This document shows, piece by piece, positions 24,067-36,446 of a DNA stretch of 64,000 bases. The position numbers were made by a program, and so were the translations under genes. Each line of letters starts with the position of its first letter. Position 1 is the first letter of the stretch. The DNA comes from Asterias rubens (lineage: Eukaryota), in contig NC_047062.1 of NCBI RefSeq assembly GCF_902459465.1, forward strand, positions 16,244,001 through 16,308,000, in the 5' to 3' direction. The notes below the pieces were generated by a model that was not told the DNA's origin, ran no database searches, and saw only the letters and a list, made by a program, of their open reading frames with translations.

Positions 24067-25704
24067 AAAGAGAAAGCAAGCTTTATGTAGCAGTTTAGAA
24101 AAAGTCAAGACGTTTAAGAGTAATTTGTCAGCTCAGGATTATGATGGCGTTTGTGCAGTTAATATAAAAAGTGGTTTTGCATATTTTGGGAACTCCTCTT
24201 ACTAAATTGACCTGATTGATCAAGAGGTGTCTTAAAAGTAATTGTTAAGCAAAAAGAATCGTCTATTTTCTAACTGTAACACTTATGTGGTTTGGGTTTT
24301 TTATTTTTTTATTTTTTTATTCTCTTTTTCATTTAATGAACTTTTGTTCATTTGGATATGACAATGCAATTAACCACCATGTATGATTTAGTACTAAGTC
24401 AACAAAATAAGAATATTTTTTGTAAAGCACTTGCATGTGTGATGTACCCTCACATAACTGAATATGAATTAAAGTGTGCATACAACATTAATACACGTGA
24501 CAATTGCCCAAGGTATAACTTCTAGCCAAGTGTCTTTTTGTCTTTATCTTAAACAAGCCCCATTTCAGTGCCTTTCTGATGTAATTTACTGTTTCTTATC
24601 AAGATAATTTATCTGGCATTGGTGTGAAAACAAACATTGTATGCCTGTAAAGTGGAAAAATAAATCATAATTCAAGTGTATATATTCTCGATTAAATTGA
24701 ATTGTTAAAACATTGGATGTGTGAAGTCAGTCTTTTTTCTCATGTGTTGATTCCATGATTTGTGAATATGTATACAGACCTGTAGTGACCAGACAGCCTT
24801 TGCTTGGTAAATTGCCTTCCTGTGGTCTCTCCTACAAATAATTGGTGAAACATTTTCTGCCGAGTTTGAATTACACTGACTTCTTAATTAAAAATTCGGC
24901 ATTTTTATGTATTCCGACAGTACATTTCTGGGGCACGCTTACATGTGTCACTGTACGTTAGTCAACTTTTGTTTCCGTTTTATGATTTGCTGACGGTCCA
25001 TGTACATGTATAATGCATATTCGGATAGGATGGGGAACTTGGTTAAATAATTTTTCCTCCGTGGTTAAATAGTAGCAATTAAATAGAAGCAATGAACCCA
25101 TCCTAAATGCTGAAAATAATAAATAAAACACCCCGAAATTGTAAAAAAAATATATTTTATTATAATAAAACGTATGTTTATCGACAACTTAACTCGACGG
25201 TTTTTCCAGTTTGAATTCCATTGGGGTGCACGTGTCTTCGATCTACGCTCAAATCACACCACAAACGGATCTAACTATCATGCGTAGGCTAGTCCTAGCC
25301 TAAGACCATACCTACCTACCCGCAAATACTCAAAATCTAGTGCCAATAAACTCCAAGGAACTATTTTCCAAAGAGTAATTTTAACAATCACGAAAAATAA
25401 TGATCCAACAAGAAAGAATCAAAAGCCATGACCCTTTGGTTGCATCAGAGATCGATATGTGCGATATGTGTACATCTTTGAATTCTCACATTTGTGAAGG
25501 AAACATAATCAACACTTTAACTTATTCCAAATGTTATTTTTAAAAAACACTGGATCTCAACATTCGAATGGTGTCGCGGTGGCACCCTCGCACCATCTCG
25601 CACGTTGTAAAAAGTTTTAACAATGTTGCATTATAGTTAATAAAAACACAATTGGCGCGTTATACCTCTTCTCCAGCTGTGCGCAACACATGGTACAAAC
25701 TAAA

Positions 25705-28700
25705 ATGGCTGACGACGGTAAAATGGGATTCGAGGACAACTTCAATCCCTCACCAATCGTTAAAACACAAGCTGTCGTGACCTTAAAACCACCCATGCTG
25801 AACGAGAACACTGGCGAACAGTCTCAGAAGTACCTTGTTTCTTTGGGTAGGTAGTGAATTATAATTTATATATAATTCGTACTGCAGTTTAACTGCACGT
25901 CCACCACTACACTGTGACTGTGTAGTATATATGGCATGGTAGTTCACAACACATTTATAGCAGGCAGGCAGCCCGGCAGCTAGCAGCACAGCTAGCTCAA
26001 ATTAATGTTATGATAGAAATCGTTATGATGTAGCTGATTCGGATTACTCGTTTTGTGCCATAGAAACCTGAATCACTCTGACGGGGGTCTGTGTGTTGTG
26101 TACACAATTTTTACATGGCAAGGAATTTTCCACTTTATTTTTGTTGTCTAAAACTAAAACTTCAAAGTAAAATGCAGTGCAGTGAATGTACTAAGATGTG
26201 CAGTCTGATTACTTCTCTAGAAACTAGTAGAAGGCTCCCCGGTTCCTTACAAAGTTCCTTAAGTTATAGTTTCTAGAAGTACGGTCTGATTATGTGCACT
26301 GCAGTATAGAATGTAGTTGCGATAACGTAACCCTCCTCCCGACGGCCTTAGGCGTCGCCGTCGGATCGCAACTATATAGAATGTGGCAACCTTTACTTTT
26401 AAGAATTTATTTAATTGTTTTTGAACAACAATTAAATGATATCCAGGAAAAGGGGACCCGGGTGGAAGTAGAGTAGTGTTATGGCTGAAGTAAATTTTAT
26501 TGTGTATGGTTTCTAATCCTAGTCTAGTGTAATTCTATATCATTTTATTGGTATTCTTCAATAATTGCTCAGGCAGTGGTACTGTAGTATTCTATGACAT
26601 TGGTCCCTGTTCATTACCTACAGGCTACACTACATGCTTAAATGTAATTGTAATATTGGAGCAGTGTACATTTGTACACATTAAACTGTGTTGGCAGGAG
26701 AGCCGAAGCCACAGGACCAGTTTTTAAACAAAAATTTTGAGATTGCACACTTTTTCTTCCATACGCTGATCGCAGCTCTATGCAAACCACAGTCCCACGC
26801 CACTGTACTAATATGAAGGAGAAAAAAAATGAAAAATAGGTCAAGTTTCCCCTATTTGTATATGTACCTTGGGCCCTGATGTTGAAAACGGAAACTTTGA
26901 AAATATGCTCATCCAATGTGCTTTACACTACGCACTCCTTCAGTTTAGTTAACTGAAGATATCAGTATTTTTTTGTAAACAGAGACTGACACTCTAGAGT
27001 CTCTAGTCTACCATGTACCTGCATGGAGGTAGCATGGTACCAGCATGCTGCAGTCAGGGCTATACTTTGACCTCTGTGTTTTGTTTGTACGACCAAGGTT
27101 TGATACATGGTTTTACAACATGAGTAATAATTTGAAAGTACTTTTCTCTATGCTACACTTTTTGAAATACCATTGATTTGCCCAATCAATCATAATGATC
27201 AAGCAGCAGCGGCGCAAGACCTGTTAATCTGGGGGGGGGGGGGCAAACTTAAATTTAGAGGGGGCTGGCCAATAAAATCCTGGGGTGTTTGTCTTTGGGT
27301 TCAGGATCCTCATCGCTTGATTCAGAATCAGATCTGTGCCTATCATGGCATGGAGGTCGTTTGGATTTCTTGCAAAACTTTCTAATATCAATTTTAACTA
27401 ACTTTTGTATTCACTCAAGAAATAAGACTTTGCACTGTGTGCATGTGACGTGTTGTGCGAACTGCGTGTACAAGACTTCTTGCGGTTTTGGGCAGACAAT
27501 GCATTTCAATTTATAGCAAGTTCACAAGCTTGTACAGATAAATAAATCCACATTTTTATTAAAATTGCCGGAGATGGAAAGTGTATTGTTTTTTTTTTAT
27601 GGTGCCAGCTAATTATAATGGATGAAATTGAGTTTATTATTTCCAGCGCAAACAACATTGTAACAAATTGGGTGCAACTGCAGATTTATGAGAGAGAGTT
27701 ATTATTTCATTGTAATTTTTATATAGATTTTCAATTTGTTTTGATGCCCTACAGCAGCAGATTTCGGACAGTGGATTGTTTGATGTACTCAAACTTAAAA
27801 CCATAGAACCACCATGAAGGGAAATTATGAAGACTCGACTTTCCAAAGTCGATCCATTACGGATCTGTTTAAGCAGAAGGAACCAGTGAAGATGTGTGCC
27901 CCGATGGTGAGGTACTCCAAACTGGCTTTTAGAACACTGGTTAGGAGATATGATTGTGATTTGACTTTCACTCCGATGATCATGGCAGATAGCTTTGTCA
28001 AATCTACCAAGGCAAGAGACAATGAGTTTACAACAAACAGAGAGGACAGACCGCTGATTGTTCAGTTTGCAGCCAAACATGCGAGGGACTTGGCTGATGC
28101 AGCAGAGGTTGTCAGGCCTTATGCGGACGGAGTCGATCTGAATTGTGGTTGTCCGCAACGCTGGGCAACGTGTGATGGTTACGGTGCTCATCTCATTAAA
28201 CAGCCAGAGCTAGTCAGGGACATGGTGAGGCAGACCTGGGCAAGGACGGGCAGCGAAGACTTCACCACATCGATCAAGATAAGAATCCATCGAAATCTAC
28301 GCGACACCGTGGACTTATGTCAGAAGGCAGAGAGTGCAGGGGTCTCTTGGATTGCAGTTCATTGCCGAACCGTTCATGATCGAACCGAACCCGCAAACCA
28401 TGACGCCGTGAAACTCATCAAAGAGAGTGTTGGAATACCTGTGATTGCCAATGGAGATATAAAGAGCTTGACCGATGTTCATAGAGTTTGCGAGCAAACG
28501 GGTGTCGATGGTGTCATGGCTGCTAGGGGAATCCTAGAGAATCCAGCAATGTACGCTGGTCACACTGTAACACCAATCGATTGTGTGCAGCAATGGGTTG
28601 ATATATCGGTATCTCTGGGTACACAGTTCCAGTATTTCCATCATCATCTAATAAACATGATGGAGAAGGTGTTGACCAGAGCAGAACGGCGAGTCTTTAA

Positions 28701-30759
28701 TGTTATTACTAGCACTGCTGGTGTCATGGATTACCTTGAAGAGAACTATGGTATAAGATGCTCTTCGGAAACCCCAGGAACTGATAGTCTTTTGATAAAT
28801 GGAAAACTTACTGAATCATAATATATTAATAATGTTTCTGTTTGCATCATTTCCAAGATGTACCAATGCAGGCCTGGAATTTCATCTTTCATTTAACAAA
28901 GGGCTCTTCCGTTGGAAATATTTAAAATATCTATGGAAACCTTTGAAGGGGCACCAAGGCCACTACCAGGGGCAACATAGGACATTGCCTCTTCGGCCTC
29001 CATGTAACTCCATGCCTGCTTCAATGAACATCCAAATTTAATATGTCAATTTTACCAATACCAAAGAGAACCAATGGCCAAAAGAGGATGCAATTACATT
29101 TTTTGTTCTAACAGAAAACACAATTAATTTTAACCTCAGAATTTAACCCTAATACTAAAACTAAACCAAGAAAGAAACTGAGACTCCTCCTAATTGTAGT
29201 AATTAAAAATTTTAGTAATGTAATTTGATAAAATTTCACATGACATTTTTTGGAATTGGATAAGACAAGTCATCCTGATGACCTTTAAACAGTGCTCTGT
29301 GAACAGGGCCCAATTTCATAGAGCTGCTTTTAAGTACAAAAAGTTGCAAAGAACAACAAAATTATGCTTACCAGAATAAGGTTTACGATCTCTCATGTAC
29401 CGCCTATTATTGATATTCTGCTAGTTTTTGCTTAGCAGAAATGTTTTAAGTAATATTTTCTGCGTTAAAGCAAGGTATATTCTTTGTAATCAGAAAAGAC
29501 CAGTATCATCATTTTGGTGTATCCAAATATCATGTGTAAAAATACAGACCTGTGAGCATTTTGGCTCAATTGGTCTTTGGGGTTGCAAGAAGGTATTGAA
29601 AGGAAAAACACCATTGTTTGCATAGAAAGTTGTGTTTTCATACTTGAGAAAGGCTTTCAGATTATTGGGTGAAAAGTTACCACTTTCTCTAAAACTACAC
29701 TACTTCAAAGGGGTCGTTTCTAACAATGTTTTCAACAGCTATCCATTGCTCTTAACCAAAGTTAGTTGTGGTTATCAACTTGAGGAGCAATGACCAGAAG
29801 TATACCCCGCCTTTAAGCAGCTCTGTGATGTATGCTGCCACCTAGCGATCCGAAGTCGTAACATAAACAATATCAGCCGTATTTTGCATAGACAATAGTA
29901 TGGGCCAAAAACTAAGGAAATTAACCATAAAACAGGTACACTTTTTAGAGTTTTTAATGATTTATTTTGATTAATGTTTTTTTAACTGAGTAGGTATCAT
30001 GTTTGAGAAAAAACATTCGTCTGGATTGAAAAAAAAAGTGTTTTTCTTATATTAAAAAACTTGCAGCATTCTGGAATTGCTAACAAATTTAGTGGTATTT
30101 TAACTTGATATGTTTTATTGTCAAGAAATACAATCGTCTGAATTGAATAATAAAGAATAAAATAAAACTCAATGCTTTCGGAGTCCTTTTATCAATGTGT
30201 GTCGAAAGAACTCGATGGATAACTATGATTATTAAGTCAATAGTTTTAGCCAATTTTAATTATGTGAAACGTAATGTGTTGACTCGTAAATGGTTTACAA
30301 AATGTAAGAAAAGCAAATTTCTTAAAGCCGTTTTTGTATGTAGCGTCTTATTGAGAATCTCAGATACTGTCGGCCTCATTAAGATGAGTTTACAATTAAC
30401 TTTTTTTGAAGTAAAATTAATTTACTTTTTCATTTCTCATTGATGAAGAGGCGAAGCTTGACCGTCTGAAGCAAAAACCGGGAAAGCTGAACTCCAAAGA
30501 AATCCTCAAGTCTCTCCATCAAACCAAGGAAGATGCGATGAAGCGTTTCATCACCCAAGACGCTTCAGGGGTCGACGATGCGGACATTTCGGATACTTCA
30601 GATGTGACGACGATCAGTGACTTAAAGAGGAGGATGTTTCCAGAGCAACCTTTGACCTCTGAGGAGATTCAGTGTCTATTGGAGAGAGACTACTTAAGAC
30701 AAGAGGAAGAAACGGAAGACAAGATCTCAATGATCGGTACTGGTGGATCATTGACTTAA
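25705..30759 (+). CDS. CCDC32: Coiled-coil domain-containing protein 32 homologue, 2 exons (25705-25846, 30449-30759), about 150 aa
   Basis: The phase-1 junction gives SQKYLVSL-EAKLDRLKQKPGKLNSKEILKSLHQTKEDAMKRFI and later ISDLKRRMFPEQPLTSEEIQCLL, matching from memory human SEVYLASLEKKLRRIK..TSKDMLRTL..DRFL and LEHFKRWLQP..STEEVQYL. Start context aaaATGGC; an in-frame upstream ATG lies at 25690. Confidence 0.85.
26314..26374. mobile_element. 61-bp TAGTTGCGAT-family element with a perfect 9-bp TSD
   Basis: TSD tatagaatg at 26305-26313 and 26375-26383; shares acgtaaccctcct..ccgacg with the copy at 10108. Confidence 0.8.
27814..28821 (+). CDS. DUS4L: tRNA-dihydrouridine(20a/20b) synthase DUS4L, intronless CDS, 335 aa, nested in the CCDC32 intron
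   Basis: CAPMVRYSKLAFRTLVR, PLIVQFAA, catalytic NCGCPQRW, PVIANGDI and GVMAARG match human DUS4L; strong Kozak accaccATG; tandem CAG CAG CAG acceptor at 27752-27760. Confidence 0.97.
   Translation: MKGNYEDSTFQSRSITDLFKQKEPVKMCAPMVRYSKLAFRTLVRRYDCDLTFTPMIMADSFVKSTKARDNEFTTNREDRPLIVQFAAKHARDLADAAEVVRPYADGVDLNCGCPQRWATCDGYGAHLIKQPELVRDMVRQTWARTGSEDFTTSIKIRIHRNLRDTVDLCQKAESAGVSWIAVHCRTVHDRTEPANHDAVKLIKESVGIPVIANGDIKSLTDVHRVCEQTGVDGVMAARGILENPAMYAGHTVTPIDCVQQWVDISVSLGTQFQYFHHHLINMMEKVLTRAERRVFNVITSTAGVMDYLEENYGIRCSSETPGTDSLLINGKLTES
29835..29847 (-). promoter_or_regulatory. CTCF-like motif (CGCTAGGTGGCAG on the minus strand)
   Basis: Close match by eye to the CTCF core consensus; lies between the DUS4L 3' end and CCDC32 exon 2. 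Confidence 0.3.
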
Positions 30760-31913
30760 GAGTGAGCTCCAGCCCATTTTCATTCATAAGATCCCAATTC
30801 GGATAAATGTGCATCTTATGTTTATGCCCCGAACGGAGCATCATTTCCCCATGAGGATGTCATCATTCACCAATGCTGGTTTGTTTGGAAACGTTTTGCG
30901 TTGAGTGTAGGTATAGCAACGTCACAGAAAACTGTTATTATCGGGATTCTGCTGAGTGGAAGGAGGCAGAGATGCACTGTGTATCTATTAAAAGAAACTT
31001 CCTGTGAATTTTACCACGTATTTGGTGGCAGAGAGTCTCTGAGACGGGGGCAGATCACTGAAATTCACCGTAATTCTAATTAATTTGAAGTTGAATGTGT
31101 GTACTGAGAGCAAATTTTTGACTATAATATAACTACATGTACTTAATCTCTTCGTCCCCGGTGGGACATAGCCGTTGTGGTTACGTTATAATGTGTGTGT
31201 TTTGTGCGGGATGGAGTTGTAAGTATCAGATCCAACCAGAGAAATTGGTAAAGAACTTTAGTATGGCTGCTATCTAGAACCTGTCCGTCGACATGGTTGA
31301 ACCATACTGTCCTTTCATCTCTATAGTTGAACTTACCAGGAGCATAAGCCCCATCGGTATAAATTTTAGGAACATAAACACCATAATAGCTATTGTGAAA
31401 CTTGTCCAAGCAGATATCATAAACCCAGCACCCATAACATTCAAACTCTTCGCGGAAATCGTGATAATTGCACACAAGACTTGTTCGGCTATGTAGTTAT
31501 TGGTCCATCAGAACGGCTTTAGTTGGATCTTGATATTTTATGTTTAAATAATGGTTTTTAGTTTGTTGAACAATCCTTTTTAAATATTTAAATGTAACAC
31601 CTTTGTACTCGAACAAATTGCAACCGGAATTGTTTAGCCGTATCTTTTATTTATTTATTTATTACAACAGTTTATATACAAACAATAATTTATTTACAAA
31701 AGTATAATTTTTCACAAAACCATCAACATTTTAAAATCACACACTCAAAAAGCCTCATTCAACAAATTGCTATTGTAAACACAATGTTAGCTGTCAGTAA
31801 TAGCCGCCAAAATATACAATAAAATTGCCATGTTTTAAGCTGCAAAAAAAACATCATATGTTGCACATTTCACATCAAGTTTTACCATACATAAAAAACA
31901 TGTACCATTTGCA

Positions 31914-32068
31914 ATAGACCTTTTCGCAAATACTGGGGCGTGCGCGTAAAGCTTGGAGTTAGGTGCATTGTGGTCTAGCTGGTATCCAAATTTGATCCAT
32001 ATCTATCCCACAATGCACCTCATTCAACAGTCTGCGCTTGCGCATTGGTATTTGCGATAAGGTCTATG
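31914..32068. mobile_element. About 155-bp MITE
   Basis: TIR atagaccttttcgcaaatac / gtatttgcgataaggtctat plus an inner inverted repeat aggtgcattgtgg / ccacaatgcacct. Confidence 0.65.
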
Positions 32069-32755
32069 CAACAGCTGCATTTCTACAAAAAGAAATGCAC
32101 TTTATAATTGAAGCTTGTGTTGCTTTTGAATAAACACCAAAACCAATTAAGTTTCAGATTACATGAACATGTATTGTTAGGATATAACTGACCTTATATA
32201 GATGATCTTACTGTCTGTATACAAAAGAATCAACAACCCTATTGACATTTTTTGTTTGTTAAAATACAATGTTTATGAACTGAAGTTTGGTTAATAGAAG
32301 TCTACATGTATATAATAGTTGACATCGGTCGTTTACGTGGGTCATTCCATAAACTAAGAGGCAAGTGGTTATAGCCCCTGCCTAATTTATGAAATAACCC
32401 ATTTAGTGTACAGGTGTTTTACTTAATACTATTTGGTGTTTGAACTGTTGGTTTAACTTCTTCCAATAGATTGCCTGTATGTTTCATGTTGTTGAAAGAC
32501 CGTAAACATACTTTAACGGTTAAATGCTTATGCACATAAAAGAAAAGGCAATGTTAAAGGAAACACTGAAGCATTAAGGATCGTAAACATTGAAGAACTA
32601 GAATGATAATACTGAACAGTGTGTGTAAGGCTGTTTGGGTTTATGACCATGATGTAGAAATAATAGTTTTCGAATGGGGTTTGTGAACAAAATAATGTGG
32701 TTTGGGTTTCAGAGGGAGGGGAATTGTATCAAAACTAGAAGGAAACTTTTGCTTT

Positions 32756-35700
32756 TCATAAATTAAATGCACTGGTAAAGAATAAACCGTGGTTCCTCCC
32801 CATCTTGGATATAGTGGCTGGCATTGGAGACTGGAAGGTTTTGTCGTACGATCCAGGCCCAGGTACTTTCTGTAATAGAATAAGAAAATAAAGTGTACAC
32901 CATTAGCAGTATGTTAAAGTTGGAGATAGTTGGTTTCTTTTGAAGAATGTTTATACACCAAGTGTATTTGGACTAAATGACCTTTGGATTCCATTGTGAT
33001 GAAGAGGATTCTTTCTTTTTTTTTACTTTTCGAAATGCAAACATTAAATCGTCGGTTGAACCAAGTTATTATCACTTCCGAAAAAAAAATCAACTTCTCT
33101 GAATCGGTTCTCTGAATCGATTATCGATTGCATTTAATGTGAAACCAGGGGTGGATTTCACAAAAATAGTCCTAACTTAGAACTAGTCCTAGGCAATGCT
33201 AAGAGATAGGACTGGTCCTAAGTTAGGACTATCTTTGTGAAATCCACCCCAGGGTTGGTTTGGATGTATGGCGAAGTGGAGACTTACCGTATGTGATGTT
33301 GAAAACCTTGGTGTCCGTGATTTAAAGCTGGATGATATAACATGCATGGTTTCTGGGATGTAGGCTTGGTAACGGTCTGGTGGTGGGTTCTTTGTCTGTT
33401 GAAAAATGGGGTGAAATTGTTAAAAAGTGAAATTTATTCGTTTGATACAATTTTACAACCGTCGGAAGCATTTAGTCATTATGATATCTACCGTATCCTG
33501 TATCTTAAAAAGAAAGGGAATTGATATTTCCTCGAACTCGGATTATTATTTTGACCAAGTGGTGTGCTTTCAAAAGAATGTTTTCTATACTTACCCCTTG
33601 AAAATATATTGTTGGGAATCTCTGCGATGTAGATTTAAACATTGGGTGCCTACAAACAAATAAAAATCACAAGGACAATTATGAGAGAGGTATTTTTTCA
33701 GATTTCACATATTTATGGGCGTTTACAATTTGAAATCACCCGCGTATTTCTGGATAGACTTTCAGTGTGTCAGGATGCGTATGGATACAGGAAGTAACGA
33801 AACATAAGTTTATATAATGAGAAATAAAATTCATATTTACTTCGATGGTTGCTTTTCACACGCCAATGATAGATAATTTTCCATTGGATATTGCGTCGGA
33901 CAAACGTTGCACCCCTGCGTATAAAAGAACACACAAATGAAATGATCATCACTTTAACAAAAAACTGCACGTGGTAGAAATCCTGGAGGAGATTCAAAAT
34001 GGCGACGGAAGGAGGGCATTTTGGAGTCTCGTCGACCAGAAATAATGTTTGAGCTTTGGTCATTGGTTTTACGTTATCGGTTCTACAGCGGTGATGTGAA
34101 TCATCCAACAATTGTAGTAACATTGCAAATACAGTGTACTAATTTATAATTCTTGGATTTTTTTAGAACACTTTTGCAAGAGAATATGATTTATGTGGGC
34201 TTGTTACCGACCCGTTTTTGCATAACTCAGAAATTGTTTAGGTCAACGAATTTTACGTCAAATAAACTTGCTTCGCGCCATGGGTCGCCAAAACACGTCA
34301 AAGTGTGAGGGAAATCAATGAACACTCCAACTTTACCCAACTTTTGTCAACCTGAAATAATGGCACCAATGTCAGACGCTCGAATGGTTTTGGGAGTCAA
34401 GTTGCACGTGCAAATTATGGTTAGCGTTCAAACGCCGCTTCGCCAAAAATCGTCACTGCATGCTGCCACGAATTTACATATTTTACAAACAACTTTAGTT
34501 GTCAGTCTTTTGTGGGCAAACACTGCATAACACACAGGGACATTGACTCCCGACAATTGATGTCCAATAACATTGATGGGTGCTAACCCTCGTTGTACAA
34601 AACGGAACGAGACTATTCCTTCAGGCTTGGTTTCGTTACAATAAATTGCATTGGAGAAAATCAACATGGCCGCACATGGAATATGTCAGTTGCCGTGCTT
34701 CAGCAGACGCTTTTGTATAAGCCCAGCCGTCGATTTCACAAAACTCTTCCTAACTTAAGACTAATCTTAGGACTTAGGACGAGTCCCAACCCTGCACTGT
34801 AGCATGCAGACCTTAAGATTAATCCTAAGTTAGGACGAGTTACTTGTCGTAACTCGAGATAAGACGAGTCCCAACTCTTGGTGAAATCGACCCCTGAACT
34901 TGAACCAAACTGTCTGGTATTTATACCAACCTTGTCTTTAACTCCAGGTAGCTCGTTCTCGTCTCTAGAAGTGTTCTTCATGGAATATGTATATCTTGTC
35001 TGCTCTAAGTCATATACCATGTCATGTGCCTCATAGGCACCAGGTAACAGCACGGTGCCTTTGCGTTGCGTATCGGCGTCTTTCTTGCGTCCTTCCCCCT
35101 TGAAGGCATACGTCGCTGGCCGCTCATCGAGGTCTGCTAGAAAGTTGCGAGTCGCATAGGAACCTGGAATTGGCGTTTCCTGTCAGGTTTTTTTTTAAAA
35201 GGGGGAAATTTTACGTCAAATATACTTTAAATCCTGCTGTTACGTATATCGCAGTTAGTTTTAGTAAGTTTGCATTGGGGGATGTTTGTTTTTGTAAATC
35301 CCTTCTGAAATTGTCAGACAGAATTAGGCATAGCCGGCCCTCTATACATGTATAGACTCAAAGAAACACTTCCATTTCAAATAATATTAACTTGTCATAA
35401 TCACTGTATAGGGAGAGGCCTCTGACCGAATTAGAAAGCAGCCTACTTTAAATACTTATTGGAACATGCGATGTGCCGAAAACATTCGTGCTTTGTAAAG
35501 CGAAACGTCGGACTTGATCGGGAACACTTTTGTTTGACTTCGCGGGAACTTCATGAAGCGTCGATATCTTACCCTGATGTGTGCTCTCCACCATTGGTCT
35601 CGGCCCGATACCGGCTTCTCGTAGTTATCCTTCAAACTCTTCCGTCCCTGAGAGAACAAACATATAAGTGTTGTTTTAAAAGATCAATCACATGATGTAC

Positions 35701-36446
35701 CGCCCACATTACGTGGGTGGGGTATTTTATTTGAAGTTCTTGGTATAGAGGGAATGATGCACGACCACGTGAACAAAGTTATCCCACGATTGTCTGGCAA
35801 TTGTACAGAGCAGCGAAGGACATTGGTTACAACAAATAAACAGACAAATAAACATCTATTCTTCTTATACTTTAGCCTGATTTCTGACATATTATTACCC
35901 AAGGGAAAAATCAGAAAAATTGTCCAAAAAATCTGAAAGTAATTAGACTATGTAGAGGTCAGCCCTTACTCGATCAAAATGTTCCTACTCGTTTTTCCAA
36001 GGGTCAAATAATGTCTGGTTTTATAATCTGCATAGAGTTAGAGAGAGACTTAAATCACCACCAGTGGTGACGTGACACTATTGTTTTTTAAACTGATTAA
36101 TAACAACCTCGTTAAAATATACGTGATGACGATGTCTCTTTTAAACCACATGATTTATTTCCACAAGTGACAATAACAGTTGCATTTGGTGGAACCAAGT
36201 GAAGTAGAAACCTGACAACTGTAAATACAATCAGTGGGTTATCATTGTACCCATGCGATACTTATCCCTCTCCATGGTCCCATCGAACAAGGCGGATTAG
36301 TAGACTGTAACTTGTGGGTTTACCTTAAATTTTGTCTCTCTTTCCATCACACCTGTCCTGTCTTTCGTTGTCTTCAGACGAGTCTTGACTGGCCTAACCG
36401 TAGCAGGTTTGGCAGCCGTCTTTCCCGTCGTTGAATCGGGAACCAT
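32756..36446 (-). CDS. STPG4: Sperm-tail PG-rich repeat protein 4 homologue, 7 coding exons, about 265 aa
   Basis: Exons 36446-36324, 35647-35573, 35179-34931, 33914-33841, 33649-33595, 33395-33288, 32869-32756 join in frame. Motifs RDQWWR, TPIPGSY, ATYAFKGEGRKK, FKSTSQRFPTIYF and PGPGSY..TISKMGRNHGLFF match human STPG4 (C2orf61) from memory. Confidence 0.9.

Noticed and set aside
27755-27813. CCDC32-DUS4L fusion protein via in-frame splicing
   Set aside because: The junction is in the DUS4L frame, but two stops (TGA 27781, TAA 27796) intervene.
27637-28191. 184-aa ORF antisense to DUS4L
   Set aside because: Shadow of the DUS4L CDS with no recognisable motifs.
34000-34700. YY1-like AAAATGGCG and CAACATGGCCG motifs as starts of a nested plus-strand gene in STPG4 introns
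   Set aside because: The ORFs are very short or disrupted by a MITE, and no downstream exons were found.
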